NCBI RefSeq assembly: GCF_009914755.1
Contig: NC_060933.1
Source of the DNA: the human T2T-CHM13v2.0 reference genome, Homo sapiens
Strand: one strand, 5' to 3'
Length of the DNA stretch: 64,000 bases
The notes below the pieces were generated by a model that saw only the letters and a program-made list of their open reading frames with translations, was not told where the DNA came from and ran no database searches. This document shows positions 14,515 through 28,500 of the stretch, one piece after another (the first letter of the stretch is position 1; every line of letters starts with the position of its first letter). The translations under genes and the position numbers were made by a program.

Positions 14515-17271
14515 GCATTCCATTCCATTCCATTCCCCTGCACTCAGGTTGATTCCATTCGATTCCATTCCATTCCATTCCATTCCGTTCCTTTCCATTC
14601 CATTCCATTCTATTCGCGTTAATTGCATTCCATTCCATTCCATTACATTCCATTGCAATCGAGTTGATTCCATTCCATTCCGTTCCATTCCATTCCATTC
14701 CATTCCATGCCATTCCACTCGGGTTGATTCCATTGCTTTCCATTCCATTTGGATTGAATCCATTCCATTCCATTCCATTCCATTCCATTCCATTCCATTC
14801 CATTCCATTGCACTAGGTTTGATTCCATTCCACTGCATTCCATTCCATTCCATTCCATTCCGTTCCATTCCATTCCATTACATTCGGATTGATTGTATTC
14901 AATTCCCTTACACTCCATTTCATTCCATTCCATTCGGGTTGTTTCCATTCCATTCCATTCCATTCCACTCCATTCCATTGCACTCGGGATGATTCCATTC
15001 CATTCCATTCCATTCCATTCTATTCCATTTGGTTCCATTCCATTCTATTCGGTACCATTCCATTCCATTCCATTCCATTCCATTCCATGCCATTCCACTT
15101 GGGTTGATTCCCTTCCTTTCCATTCCATTCGGGTTGAATCCATTCCATTCCATTCCATTCCATTCCATTCCATTCCATTCCATTCCATTCCTTTCCATTC
15201 CATTGCACACGGGTTGATTCAATTCCATTCCTTTCTGTTCCATTCCGGATGACTCCATTCCATTGCATTCCATTCCATTCCATTCCCCTGCACTCGGGTT
15301 CATTACATTCCATTCCATTTACTTCCATTCCATTCCATTCCATTCCATTCCATTCTATTCGGGTTAATTCCATTCCATTCCATTCCATTCCATTCCATTC
15401 CATTCCATTCCATTGCAAGCGAGTTGATTCCATTCCATTCCATTCAATTCCGGATGATTCCATTCCATTGCCTTAAATTCCATTCCATTCCCCTGCAGTC
15501 GGGTTGATTCCATTCCATTCCATTCCATTCCATTCCATTTCATTCCATTCCATTTGGTTCCATTCCATTCTATTCCGTACCATTCCATTCCATTCCATTC
15601 CATTCCATTCTATTCGGGTTAATTCCATTCCATTCCATTCCATTCCATTCCATTCCATTCCATTCCATTCCATTGCAATCGAGTTCATTCCATTCCATTC
15701 CATTCAATTCCGGATGATTCCATTCCATTGCCTTCAATTCCATTCCATTCCCCTGCACTCGGGTTGATTCCATTCCATTCCATTCCATTCCATTCCATTC
15801 CATTCCATTCCATTTCATTCCATTCCATTTCGTTCCATTCCATTCTATTCCGTACCATTCCATTCCACTCCATTCCATTCCTTTCCATTCCATTCCATTC
15901 CATGCCATTCCACTCGCGTTGATTCCATTCCCTTCCATTCCATTAGAGTTGAATCCATTCCATTCCATTCCATTCCATTCGATTCCATTCCATTGCACAC
16001 GGGTTCATTCCATTCCATTCCTTTCTGTTCCATTCCGGATGACTCCATTCCATTGCATTCCATTCCATTCCATTCCCCTGCACTCGGGTTCATTACATTC
16101 CATTCCATTTACTTCCATTCCATTCCATTCCATTCCATTCCATTCCATTCCATTCCATTCTATTCGGGTTAATTCCATTCCATTCCATTCCATTCCATTC
16201 CATTGCAATCGAGTTGATTCCATTCCATTCCATTCAATTCCGGATGATTCCATTCCATTGCCTTCAATTCCATTCCATTCCCCTGCAGTCGGGTTGATTC
16301 CATTCCATTCCATTCCATTCCATTTCATTCCATTCCATTTCGTTCCATTCCATTCTATTCCGTACCATTCCATTCCATTCCATTCCATTCCATTCCATTC
16401 TATTCGGGTTAATTCCATTCCATTCCATTCCATTCCATTCCATTCCATTCCATTCCATTCCATTGCAATCGAGTTGATTCCATTCCATTCCATTCAATTC
16501 CGGATTATTCCATTCCATTGCCTTCAATTCCATTCCATTCCCCTGCACTCGGGTTGATTCCATTCCATTCCATTCCAATCCATTCCATTCCATTCCATTC
16601 CATTTCTTTCCATTCCATTTCTTTCCATTCCATTCTATTCCTTACCATTCCATTCCACTCCATTCCATTCCATTCCATTCCATTCCATTCCATTCCATGC
16701 CATTCCACTCGCGTTGATTCCATTCCCTTGCATTCCATTAGAGTTGAATCCATTCCATTCTATTCCATTCCATTCCATTCCATTCCATTGCACACGGGTT
16801 CATTCCATTCCATTCCATTCCATTCCCTTCCATTCCATTTCGTTACATTCCATTCTATTCCGTACCATTCCATTCCATTCCATTCCACTCCATTCCATGC
16901 CATTCCACTCGGGTATATTCCATTCCTTTTAATTCCATTCGGGTTGAATCCATTCCATTCCATTGCATTCCATTCCATTCCATTACATTGCACTCGGGTT
17001 GATTCCATTCCACTCCATTCCATTACATTTCATTCCATTCCATTCCATTCCATTTCATTCAATTCCATTCCATTCCATGCCATTCCACTCGTGTTGATTC
17101 TATTCCTTTCCATTCCATTACATTTCATTCCATTCCATTCCATTCCATTTCTTTCAATTCCATTCCATTCCATGCCATTCCACTCGTGTTGATTCCATTC
17201 CTTTCCATTCCATTCGAGTTGAACCCATTCCATTCCATTCCGTTCCATTCCATTCCATTCCATTCCATTCC
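14515..17271 (+). repeat. ~2.75 kb dispersed duplication, copy 2 (partner ~8010-10772)
   Basis: Near-identical translations in the ORF track at offset 6499-6509. Confidence 0.9.
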
Positions 17272-19139
17272 ATTCCATTCCATTCCATTCCATTTCGTTC
17301 CATTCCATTCTATTCCGTACGATTCCATTGCATTCCATTCCATTCCATTCCTTTCCATTCCATTGAAATCGAGTTGATTCCATTCCATTCCGTTCCATTC
17401 CATTCCATTCCATTCCATTCCGGATGATTCCATTCCACTGCATTCCATTCCATTAAATTCCCCTGCACTTGGGGTGATTCCTTTCCATTCTATTCCATTC
17501 CATTCCATTCCATTCCATTTCATTCCATTCCATTTCATTGCAATCGAGTTGATTCCATTGCATTCCATTCCATTCCATTCCAGTCCTTTCCATTCCATTC
17601 CACTCGGGTTGATTCCATTCTATTCCTTTCGATTCCATTCGATTCCATTCCATTCCACTCTGGTTGATACCATTCCTTTTCATTCCACTCGAAAACATTC
17701 CCTTCTATTCCACTCGGAATGATTCCATTCCATTCCATTCCATTCCATTCCATTCCGTTTCGTTCCATTACATTGTATTCCGTACCATTCCACTCCATTC
17801 CATTCCATTCCATTCCATGCCATTCCTCTCGGGTTGATTCCATTCCTTTCCATTCCATTCGGGTTGAATCCATTCCATTCCATTCCTTTCCATTCCATTC
17901 CATTCCATTGCACTCGGGTTGATTCCATTCCATTCCATTCCATTCCATTCCATTGCACACGGGTTCATTCCATTCCATTCCATTCCATTCCGTTCCATTC
18001 CATTCCGTTCCATTCCATTCCATTCCATTCTATTCGGATTAATTCCATTCCATTCCATTCCATTCCATTCCATTCTTTTCCATTCCATTGCAATCGAGTT
18101 GAATCCATTGCATTTCATTCCATTCCATTCCATTCCATTCCATTCCGGAAGATTCCATTCCATTGCATTCCATTCCATTCCATTCCCCTGCACTCGCGTT
18201 GATTCCATTCCATTCCATTCCATTCCATTCCATTCCGTTCAGTTCAATTCCATTCCATTCCATTCCATTCCATTCCATTCCGTTCCGTTCCGTTCCATTC
18301 CATTCCATTCCATTATATTCGGGTTAATTCCATTCCATTCCATTCGATTGCAATCGAGTTGATTCCATTCCATTCCATTCCATTCCATTCCATTCCTTTC
18401 CATTCCATTACGGATGATTCCATTCCATTGCATTCCATTCCATTCCATTCCCCTGTACTCGGGTTGATTCCATTCCATTCCATTCCAATCCATGCCATTC
18501 CACTCGTGTTGATTCCATTCTTTCCATTCCATTCAAGTTGAATCCATTCCATTGCATTCCATTCCATTCGATTCCATTCAATTGCACTCGGGTTGATTCC
18601 ATTACATTGCATTCCATTCCATTCCATTCCATTCCATTCCATTCCGTTCCATTCCATTCCATTACATTCGGATTGATTCTATTCAATTCCCTTACACTCC
18701 ATTACATTCCATTCCATTCGGGTAGTTTCCATTCCATTCCATTCCATTCCTCTCCATTCCATTGCTCTCGGGTTGATTCCATTCCATTGCATTCAATTCC
18801 ATTCCATTCAATTCCATTCCGTTCCATTCCATTCCATTACATTCGGATTGATTCTATTCAACTCCCTAACTCTCCATTACATTCCGTTCCATTCGGGTTG
18901 TTCCATTCCATTCCATTCCATTCCACTCCATTCCACTGCACTCGGGTTGATTCCATTCCATTCCATTCCATTCCATTCCGGAAGATTCCATTCCATTGTA
19001 TTCCATTCCATTCCATTCCCCTGCACTCGCGTTGATTCCATTCCATTCCATTCTATTCCATTCCATTCCCTTCCTTTCCGTTCCATTCCATTCCATTCCA
19101 TTCCATTCCGTTCCGTTCCGTTCCATTCCATTCCTTTCC

Positions 19140-22100
19140 ATTCTATTTGGGTTAATTCCATTCCATTCCATTCGATTGCAATCGAGTTGATTCTATTCCA
19201 TTCCATTCCATTCCATTCCATTCCATTCCATTCCATTCCATTCCATTCCTTTTCATTCCATTACGGATGATTCCATTCCATTGCATTCCATTCCATTCCA
19301 TTCCCCTGTACTCGGGTTGACTCCATTCCATTCCATTCCAATCCATGCCACTCCACTCGTGTTGATTCCATTCTTTCCATTCCATTCAAGTTGAATCCAT
19401 TCCATTGCATTCCATTCCATTCCATTCCCCTGCAGTCTGGTTGATTCCATTCCATTCCATTCCATTCCATTCCATTCCATTCCATTCCGTTCCGTTCCGT
19501 TCCATTCAATTCCATTCCATTCTATTCGGGTTAATTCCATTCCATTCCATTCCATTCCATTCCATTCCATTCCATTCCATTCCAATCGAGTTGATTCCAT
19601 TCCATTCCATTCCATTCCATTCCACTCCATTCCAGTCCTTTCCATTCCATTCCACTCGGGTTGATTCCAATGTATTCATTTCCATTCCATTCCATTCCAT
19701 TGCAATCGAGTTGATTCCATTGCTTTGCATTCCATTCCATTCCATTCCATTCCGGATGACTCCATTCCATTGCATTCCATTCCATTGCATTCCCCTGCAC
19801 TCGGGTTGATTCCATTCCATTCCACTCCATTCCGTTGCATTCCATTCCATTCCATTGTATTCGGGTTAATTCCATTCCATTCCATTCCATTCCATTCCAT
19901 TCCATTCCATTACAATCGAGTTGATTCCATTCCATTCCATTCCATTCCATTCCAGTCCTTTCCATTCCATTCCACTCGGGTTGATTCCATTCTATTAGTT
20001 TCCATTCCATTCCGTTCCCTTCCATTCCACTCTGGTTGATTCCATTCCTTTCCATTCCACTCGAATACATTCCCTCCTATTCCACTCGGAACGATTCCAT
20101 TCCATTCCATTCCATTCCATTCCATTCCATTCCATTCCATTCCATTTCGTTCCATTACATTCTATTCCGTATCATTCCATTCCATTCCATTCCATTCCAT
20201 TCCATTCCATTCCATTCCACTCGTGTTGATTCCATTCCTTTCCATTCCATTCGGTTTAAAGGCATTCCATTCCATTCCATTCCATTCCATTCCATTCCAT
20301 TCCATTCCATTGTACTCGGGTTGATTCCATTCCATTGCATTCCATCCCATTCCATTGCATTCCAATCCGTTGCATTCCATTCCATTACATTCGGATTGAT
20401 TCTATTCAACTCCCTTACTCTCCATTACATTCCATTCCATTCGGGTTGTTCCATTCCATTCCATTCAATTCCACTCCATTCCATTGCACTCGGGTTGATT
20501 CCATTCCTTTCCATTCCATTCCATTCCATTCCGGATGATTCCATTCCATTGCATTCCGTTCCATTACATTCCCCTGCACTCGCGTTGATTCCATTCCATT
20601 CCATTCCATTCCATTCCATTCCATTCCATTCCATTCCTTTACAATTCGTTCCATTCCATTCTATTCCGTACCATTCCATTCCATTCCATACCATTCCATT
20701 CTATTCCATTCCATTCCATTCCAATTCGTTCCATTACGTTCCATTCCATTCCATTCCATTCTATTCGGGTTAATTCCATTCCATTCCATTATATTCCATT
20801 CCATTCCATTCCAATCTATTCCATTCGATTGCAATCGAGTTGAATCCATTGCATTTCATTCCATTCCATTCCATTCCATTCCATTGCAATCGAGTTGAAT
20901 CCATTGCATTTCATTCCATTCCATTCCATTCCATTCCATTCCGGAAGATTCCATTCCATTGCATTCCATTCCATTCCATTCCCCTGCACTCGCGTTGATT
21001 CCATTCCATTCCATTCCATTCCATTCCATTCCGTTCCGTTCCGTTCCGTTCCATTTCATTCCATTCCATTCCGTTCCGTTCCATTCCATTCCATTCCATT
21101 CTATTCCGGTTAATTCCATTCCATTCCATTCGATTGCAATCGAGTTGATTCCATTCCATTCCATTCCATTCCATTCCATTCCATTCCATTCCATTCCATT
21201 CCAATCGAGTTGATTCCATTCCATTCCATTCCATTCCATTCCACTCCATTCCAGTCCTTTCCATTCCATTCCACTCGGGTTGATTCCATTCTATTCCTTT
21301 CCATTCCATTCCATTCCATTGCAATCGAGTTGATTCCATTGCTTTGCATTCCATTCCATTCCATTCCATTCCGGATGATTCCATTCCATTGCATTCCATT
21401 CCATTCCATTTCCCTGCACTCGGGTTGATTCCATTCCATTCCACTCCATTCCCTTCCATTCCATTCCATTCCATTGTATTCGGGTTAATTCCATTCCATG
21501 CCATTTCATTCCATTCCATTCCATTCCATTCCATTCTATTACAATCGAGTTGATTCCATTCCATTCCATTCCATTCCATTCCAGTCCTTTCCATTCCATT
21601 CCACTCGGGTTGATTCCATTCTATTAGTTTCCATTCAATTCCATTCCCTTCCATTCCACTCTGGTTGATTCCATTCCTTTCCATTCCACTCGAATACATT
21701 CCCTCCTATTCCACTTGGAACGATTCCATTCCATTCCATTCCATTCCATTCCATTCCATTCCATTCCATTCCATTTCCCTCCATTCCATTCTATTCCGTA
21801 CCATTCCATTCCATTCCATTCCTTTCCATTCCATTCCATTCCATTCCACTCTTGTTGATTCAATTCCTTTCCATTCCATTCGGTTTGAAGGCATTCCATC
21901 CCATTCAATTCCATTCCATTCCATTCCATTCCATTCCATTCCATTCCATTCCATTCCATTGTACTCGGGTTGATTCCATTCCATTGCATTCCATTCCATT
22001 CCATTCCATTCCATTCCGTTGCATTCAATTCCATTACATTCGGACTGATTCTATTCAACTCTCTTACTCTCCATTCCATTCCATTCCATTCGAGTTGTTC

Positions 22101-22230
22101 CATTCCATTCCATTCCATTCCACTCCATTCCATTGCACTCGTGTTGATTCCATTCCATTCCATTCCATACCATTCCATTCCATTCCATTCCATTCCATTC
22201 CGTTCCATTCCGTTCCATTCCATTCCATTC
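19140..22230 (+). repeat. ~3.1 kb dispersed duplication, copy 2 (partner ~990-4000)
   Basis: Same module order and rare variants as 990-4000. Differs by scattered substitutions and pentamer-count changes. Confidence 0.85.
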
Positions 22231-22440
22231 CATTCTATTCGGGTTAATTCCATTCCATTCCATTCTATTCCATTCCATTGCAATCGAGTTGAATCCATTG
22301 CATTTCATGCCATTCCATTCCATTCCATTCCATTCCGGAAGATTCCATTCCATTGCATTCCATTCCATTCCATTCCCCTGCACTCGCGTTGATTCCATTC
22401 CATTCCATTCCATTCCATTCCATTCCATTCCATTCCATTC

Positions 22441-22470
22441 CGTTCCGTTCCGTTCCGTTCCGTTCCGTTC
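22441..22470 (+). repeat. (CGTTC)6 variant-pentamer run
   Basis: Six consecutive CGTTC units read directly. Homologous positions elsewhere carry 2-4. Confidence 0.9.
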
Positions 22471-23599
22471 CAATCCATTCTATTCCATTCCATTCCATTC
22501 CATTCCTTTCCGTTCCATTCCATTCCATTCCATTCCATTCTATTTGGGTTAATTCCATTCCATTCCATTCGATTGCAATCGAGTTGATTCCATTCCATTC
22601 CATTCCATTCCATTCCATTCCATTCCATTACGGATGATTCCATTCCATTGCATTCCATTCCATTCCATTCCCCTGTACTCGGGTTGATTCCATTCCATTC
22701 CATTCCAATCTATGCCATTCCACTCGTATTGATTCCATTCTTTCCATTCCATTCAAGTTGAATCCATTCCATTGCATTCTATTCCATTCGATTCCATTCG
22801 ATTGCACTCGGGTTGATTCCATTCCATTGTATTCCATTCCATTCCATTCCATTCCATTCCATTCCATTCCATTACATTCGGATTGATTCTATTCAATTCC
22901 CTTACACTCCATTACATTACATTCCATTCGGGTAGTTTCCATTCCATTCCTCTCCATTCCATTGCACTCGGGTTGATTCCATTCCATTGCATTCCATTCC
23001 ATACCATTCAATTCCATTCCGTTCCATTCCATTCCATTACATTCGGATTGATTCTATTCAACTCCCATACTCTCCATTACATTCGATTCTATTCGGGTTG
23101 TTCCATTCCCTTCCCTTCCATTCCATTCCACTCCATTCCATTGCACTCGGGTTGATTCCATTCCATTCCATTCCATTCCAGAAGATTCCATTCCATTGCA
23201 TTCCATTACATTCCATTCCCCTGCACTCGCGTTGATTCCATTCCATTCCATTCCATTGCATTCCATTGCATTCCATTGCATTCCATTCCCCTGCACTCAG
23301 GTTGATTCCATTCCATTCCATTCCATTCCATTCCATTCCATTCCATTCTATTCGCGTTAATTCCATTCCACTCCATTCCATTACATTCCATTGCAATCGA
23401 CTTGATTCCATTCCATTCCATTCCATTCCATTCAAGTCCTTTCCATTCCATTCCACTCGTGTTGATTCCATTTTATTAGTTTCCATTCCATTCCATTCCC
23501 TTCCATTCCACTCTGGTTGATTCCATTCCTTTCCATTCCACTCGAATTCATTCCCTTCTATTCCACTCGGAATGATTCCATTCCATTCCGTTCCATTCC

Positions 23600-25115
23600 A
23601 TTCCATTCCATTCCATTTCGTTCCATTCCATTTTATTCCGTACCATTCCATTCCATTCCATTACATTCCATTACATTCCATTCCATTCCATTCCATGCCA
23701 TTCCACTCGGGTTGATTCCATTGCTTTCCATTCCATTTGGGTTGAATCCATTCCATTCCATTCCATTCCATTCCATTCCATTCCATTCCATTCAATTGCA
23801 CTAGGTTTGATTCCATTCCACTGCATTCCATTCCATTCCATTCCATTCCATTCCATTCCATTCCCCTGCACTCGGGTTCATTCCATTCCATTCCATTTAC
23901 TTCCATTCCATTCCATTCCATTCCATTCCATTCCATGCCATTCCACTCGCGTTGATTCCATTCCCTTCCATTCCATTAGAGTTGAATCCATTCCATTCCA
24001 TTCCATTCCATTCCATTCCATTCCATTCCATTGCACACGGGTTCATTCCATTCCATTCCATTCCATTCCCTAACATTCCATTTCGTTACATTCCATTCTA
24101 TTCCGTACCATTCCATTCCATTCCATTCCATTCCATTCCACTCCATTCCATGCCATTCCACTCGGGTATATTCCATTCCTTTTAATTCCATTCGGGTTGA
24201 ATGCATTCCATTCCATTCCATTCCATTCTATTCCATTACATTGCACTCGGGTTGATTCCATTCCATTCCATTCCATTCCATTTCATTCAATTCCATTCCA
24301 TTCCATGCCATTCCACTCGTGTTGATTCCATTCCTTTCCATTCCATTCCATTCCGTTCCATTCCATTCCATTTCGTTCCATTCCATTTTATTCCGTACCA
24401 TTCCATTCCATTCCATTACATTCCATTACATTCCATTCCATTCCATTCCATGCCATTCCACTCGGGTTGATTCCATTGCTTTCCATTCCATTTGGGTTGA
24501 ATCCATTCCATTCCATTCCATTCCATTCCATTCCATTCCATTCAATTGCACTAGGTTTGATTCCATTCCACTGCATTCCATTCCATTCCATTCCATTCCA
24601 TTCCATTCCATTCCCCTGCACTCGGGTTCATTCCATTCCATTCCATTTACTTCCATTCCATTCCATTCCATTCCATTCCATTCCATGCCATTCCACTCGC
24701 GTTGATTCCATTCCCTTCCATTCCATTAGAGTTGAATCCATTCCATTCCATTCCATTCCATTCCATTCCATTCCATTGCACACGGGTTCATTCCATTCCA
24801 TTCCATTCCATTCCCTTACATTCCATTTCGTTACATTCCATTCTATTCCGTACCATTCCATTCCATTCCATTCCATTCCATTCCACTCCATTCCATGCCA
24901 TTCCACTCGGGTATATTCCATTCCTTTTAATTCCATTCGGGTTGAATGCATTCCATTCCATTCCATTCCATTCTATTCCATTGCATTGCACTCGGGTTGA
25001 TTCCATTCCATTCCATTCCATTACATTTCATTCCATTCCATTCCATTCCATTTCATTCAATTCCATTCCATTCCATGCCATTCCACTCGTGTTGATTCCA
25101 TTCCTTTCCATTCCA
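23600..25115 (+). repeat. ~750 bp tandem duplication (23600-24345 / 24350-25115)
   Basis: TTTTATTCCGTACC at 23631 and 24386. ORF pairs 23952/24702, 23936/24686, 23871/24621 (offset 750). Shared rare variants GTTGAATGCATT and TTCAATTGCACTAGG. Confidence 0.85.
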
Positions 25116-25545
25116 TTACATTTCATTCCATTCCATTCCATTCCATTTCATTCAATTCCATTCCATTCCATGCCATTCCACTCGTGTTGATTCCATTCCT
25201 TTCCATTCCATTCGAGTTGAACCCATTCCATTCCATTCCATTCCATTCCATTCCATTCCGTTCCATTCCATTGCACGCGGGTTCATTCCATTCCATTCCG
25301 ATGCATTCCATTCCATTCCATTCCATTCCATTCCATTACATTCCATTTCGTTCCATTCCATTCTATTCCGTACGATTCCATTGCATTCCATTCCATTCCA
25401 TTCCTTTCCATTGCATTGAAATCGAGTTGATTCCATTCCATTCTGTTCCATTCCATTCCATTCCATTCCATTCCGGATGATTCCATTCCACTGCATTCCA
25501 TTCCATTAAATTCCCCTGCACTTGGGGTGATTCCTTTCCATTCTA

Positions 25546-28500
25546 TTCCATTCCATTCCATTCCATTCCATTCCATTCCATTCCATTCCATTTCATTGCA
25601 ATCGAGTTGATTCCATTGCATTCCATTCCATTCCATTCGAGTCCTTTCCATTCCATTCCACTCGGGTTGATTCCATTCTATTCCTTTCCATTCCATTCGA
25701 TTCCATTCCATTCCACTCTGGTTGATACCATTCCTTTTCATTCCACTCGAAAACATTCCCTTCTATTCCACTCGGAATGATTCCATTCCATTCCCTTCCA
25801 TTCCATTCCATTCCATTCCATTCCGTTTCGTTCCATTACATTCTATTCCGTACCATTCCACTCCATTCCATTCCATTCCATTCCATGCCATTCCTCTCGG
25901 GTTGATTCCATTCCTTTCCATTCCATTCGGGTTGAATCCATTCCATTCCATTCCTTTCCATTCCATTCCATTCCATTGCACTCGGGTTGATTCCATTGCA
26001 TTCCATTCCGTTCCATTCCGGATGACTCCATTCCATTGCATTCCATTCCATTCCCCTGCACTTGGTTTCATTACATTCCATTCCATTCACTTCCATTCCA
26101 TTCCATTACATTCCATTCCATTCCATTTCAATCGAGTTGATTCCATTCCATTCCATTCCATTCCATTCAATTCCGAATGATTTCATTCCATTGCCTTCCA
26201 TTCCATTCCATTCCTCTGCACTCGGGTTGATTTCATTCCATTCCATTCCATTCCATTCCATTCCATTCCATTCCATTCCATTCCATTCCATTTCGTTCCA
26301 TTCCATTCTATTCCGTACTATTCCATTCGATTCCATTCCATTCCATTCCATTCCATTCCATTTCCTTCCATTCCATTCCATTCCATTCCATTCCATTCTA
26401 TTAGGGTTAATTCCATTCCATTCCATTCCATTCCATTCCATTCCATTCCATGCCATTCCACTCGGGTTGATTCCATTCCTTTCCATTCCATTCGAGTTGA
26501 ATCCATTCCATTCCATTCTATTCCATTCCATTCCATTCCATTCCATTCCATTCCATTATATTCGGGTTAATTTCATTCCATTCCATTCCATTCCCTTCCA
26601 TTGCATTCCATTCCATTCCATTCCATTCCATTGAAATCGAGTTGATTCCATTCCATTCCATTCCATTCCATTCCATTCCATTCCATTCCATTCCATTCCA
26701 TTCTATTCGGGTTAATTCCATTCCATTCCATTCCATTCCCTTCCATTCCATTCTATTCCATTCCATTCCATTCCATTCCATTCTATTAGGGTTAATTCCA
26801 TTCCATTCCATTCCATTCCATTCCATCCCATTCCATTCCATTCCATTGCAATCGAGTTGATTCCATTCCATTCCATTCCATTCCATTCCATTCAATTCCA
26901 TTGAACTCGGGTTAATTCCATTCCATTCCATTCCATTCCATTCCCTTCCATTCCATTCTTTTCCATTCCATTGCATTCCATTCCATTCTATTAGGGTTAA
27001 TTCCATTCCATTCCATTCCATTCCATTCCATCCCATTCCATTCCATTCCATTGCAATCGAGTTGATTCCATTCCATTCCATTCCATTCCATTCCATTCCA
27101 TTCCATTCCATTCCATTCAATTCCATTGAACTCGGGTTGATTCCATTCCATTCCATGCCATTCCATTTCATTCCATTCCATTCCATTCCATTCCATTCCT
27201 TTCCGTTCCATTCCATTACATTCGGATTGATTATATTCAATTCCCTTACACTCCATTACATTCTATTCCATTCGTGTTGTTTCCATTCTATTCCATTCCA
27301 TTCCACTCCATTCCATTGCACTCTGGTTGATTCCATTCCATTCCCTTCCATTCCGTATGACTCCATTCCATTTCATTCCATTCCATTGCATTCCCCTGCA
27401 CTGGAGTTGATTACATTCCATTCCATTCCCTTCCTTTCCGTTCCATTCCATTCTATTCGGGTTAATTCCATTCCATTCCATTACATTCCATTCCCTTCCA
27501 TTGAATTCCATTCCATTCCATTCCATTCCATTCGATTCTATCCGGGTTAATTCCATTCCATTCCATTCCATTCCATTCCATTCCATTGCAATCGAGTTGA
27601 TTCCATTCCATTCCATTCCATTCCATTCCATTCCATTCCATTCCATTCCATTCCGGATGATTCCATTCCATTGCCTTCCATTCCATTCCATTACCATGCA
27701 CTCGGGTTGTTTCCATTCCATTCCATTCCATTCCATTCCATTCCATTTCGTTCCATTCGATTCTATTCCGTACCATTCAATTCCATTCCATTCCATGCCA
27801 TTCCATTCCATTCCAGTCCATGCCATTCCACTCGGGTTGATTTCATTCCTTTCCATTCCATTCGAGTTGTATCCTTTGCATTCCATTCCATTCCATTCGA
27901 TTCCATTCCATTGCACACGGGTTCATTCCATTCCATTCCATTCCATTCCATTCCATTCCATTCCATTCCATTTCGTTCCATTCCATTCTATTCCGTACCA
28001 TTCCATTCCATTCCATTCCATTCCAGTCCATTCCATGCCATTCCACTCGGGTTGATTCCATTCCTTTCCATTCCATTTGGGTTGAATCCATTCCATTCCA
28101 TTCCATTCCATTCGATTCCATTACATTACACTTGGGTTCATTCCATTCCATTCCATTCCATTCCATTTCATTCCATTCCATTCCATTCCATTCCATTCCA
28201 TTCCATTCCATTCCATTCCATTCCATACCATTCCATTCCATTCCATTCCATGCCATTCCACTCGGGTTGATTCCATTCCTTTCCATTCCTTTCGAGTTGA
28301 ACCCATTCCATTCCATTCCATTCCATTCCATTGCACACGGGTTCATTCCATTCCATTCCATTCCATTCCATTTCGTTTTTTTCCATTCTATTCCGTACCA
28401 TTCCATTCCATTCCATTCCATTCCATGCCATTCCACTCGGGTTTATTCCATTCCTTTCCATTCCATTCGGGTTCAATCCATTCCATTCCATTCCATTCCA

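Larger units (their letters stand above)
4001..18040 (+). repeat. HSat3 sub-array, dialect B (block B1)
   Basis: Diagnostic modules: TTGCACACGGGTTCATT, ATGCCATTCCACTCGGGTT(G/T)ATTCCATTCCTTTCC, GCACTAGGTTTGATTCCATTCCACTGC, TTGCCTTCAATT, GCTTTCCATTCCATTTGG. Dialect A markers not seen. Confidence 0.75.
18041..23260 (+). repeat. HSat3 sub-array, dialect A (block A2)
   Basis: CCGGAAGATT returns (18145, 18978, 20941, 22335), together with TTCAAGTTGAATCC (18532, 19385, 22752), CAACTCCC and CGAATACATTCCCTCC (20062, 21691). Confidence 0.75.

Noticed and set aside
28376-28382. T7 run (also 31391-31397) as terminator or retroposon tail
   Set aside because: It preserves the pentamer register (TTCCA>TTTTT by substitution) and has no associated hairpin, Pol III gene or insertion; useful only as a marker.
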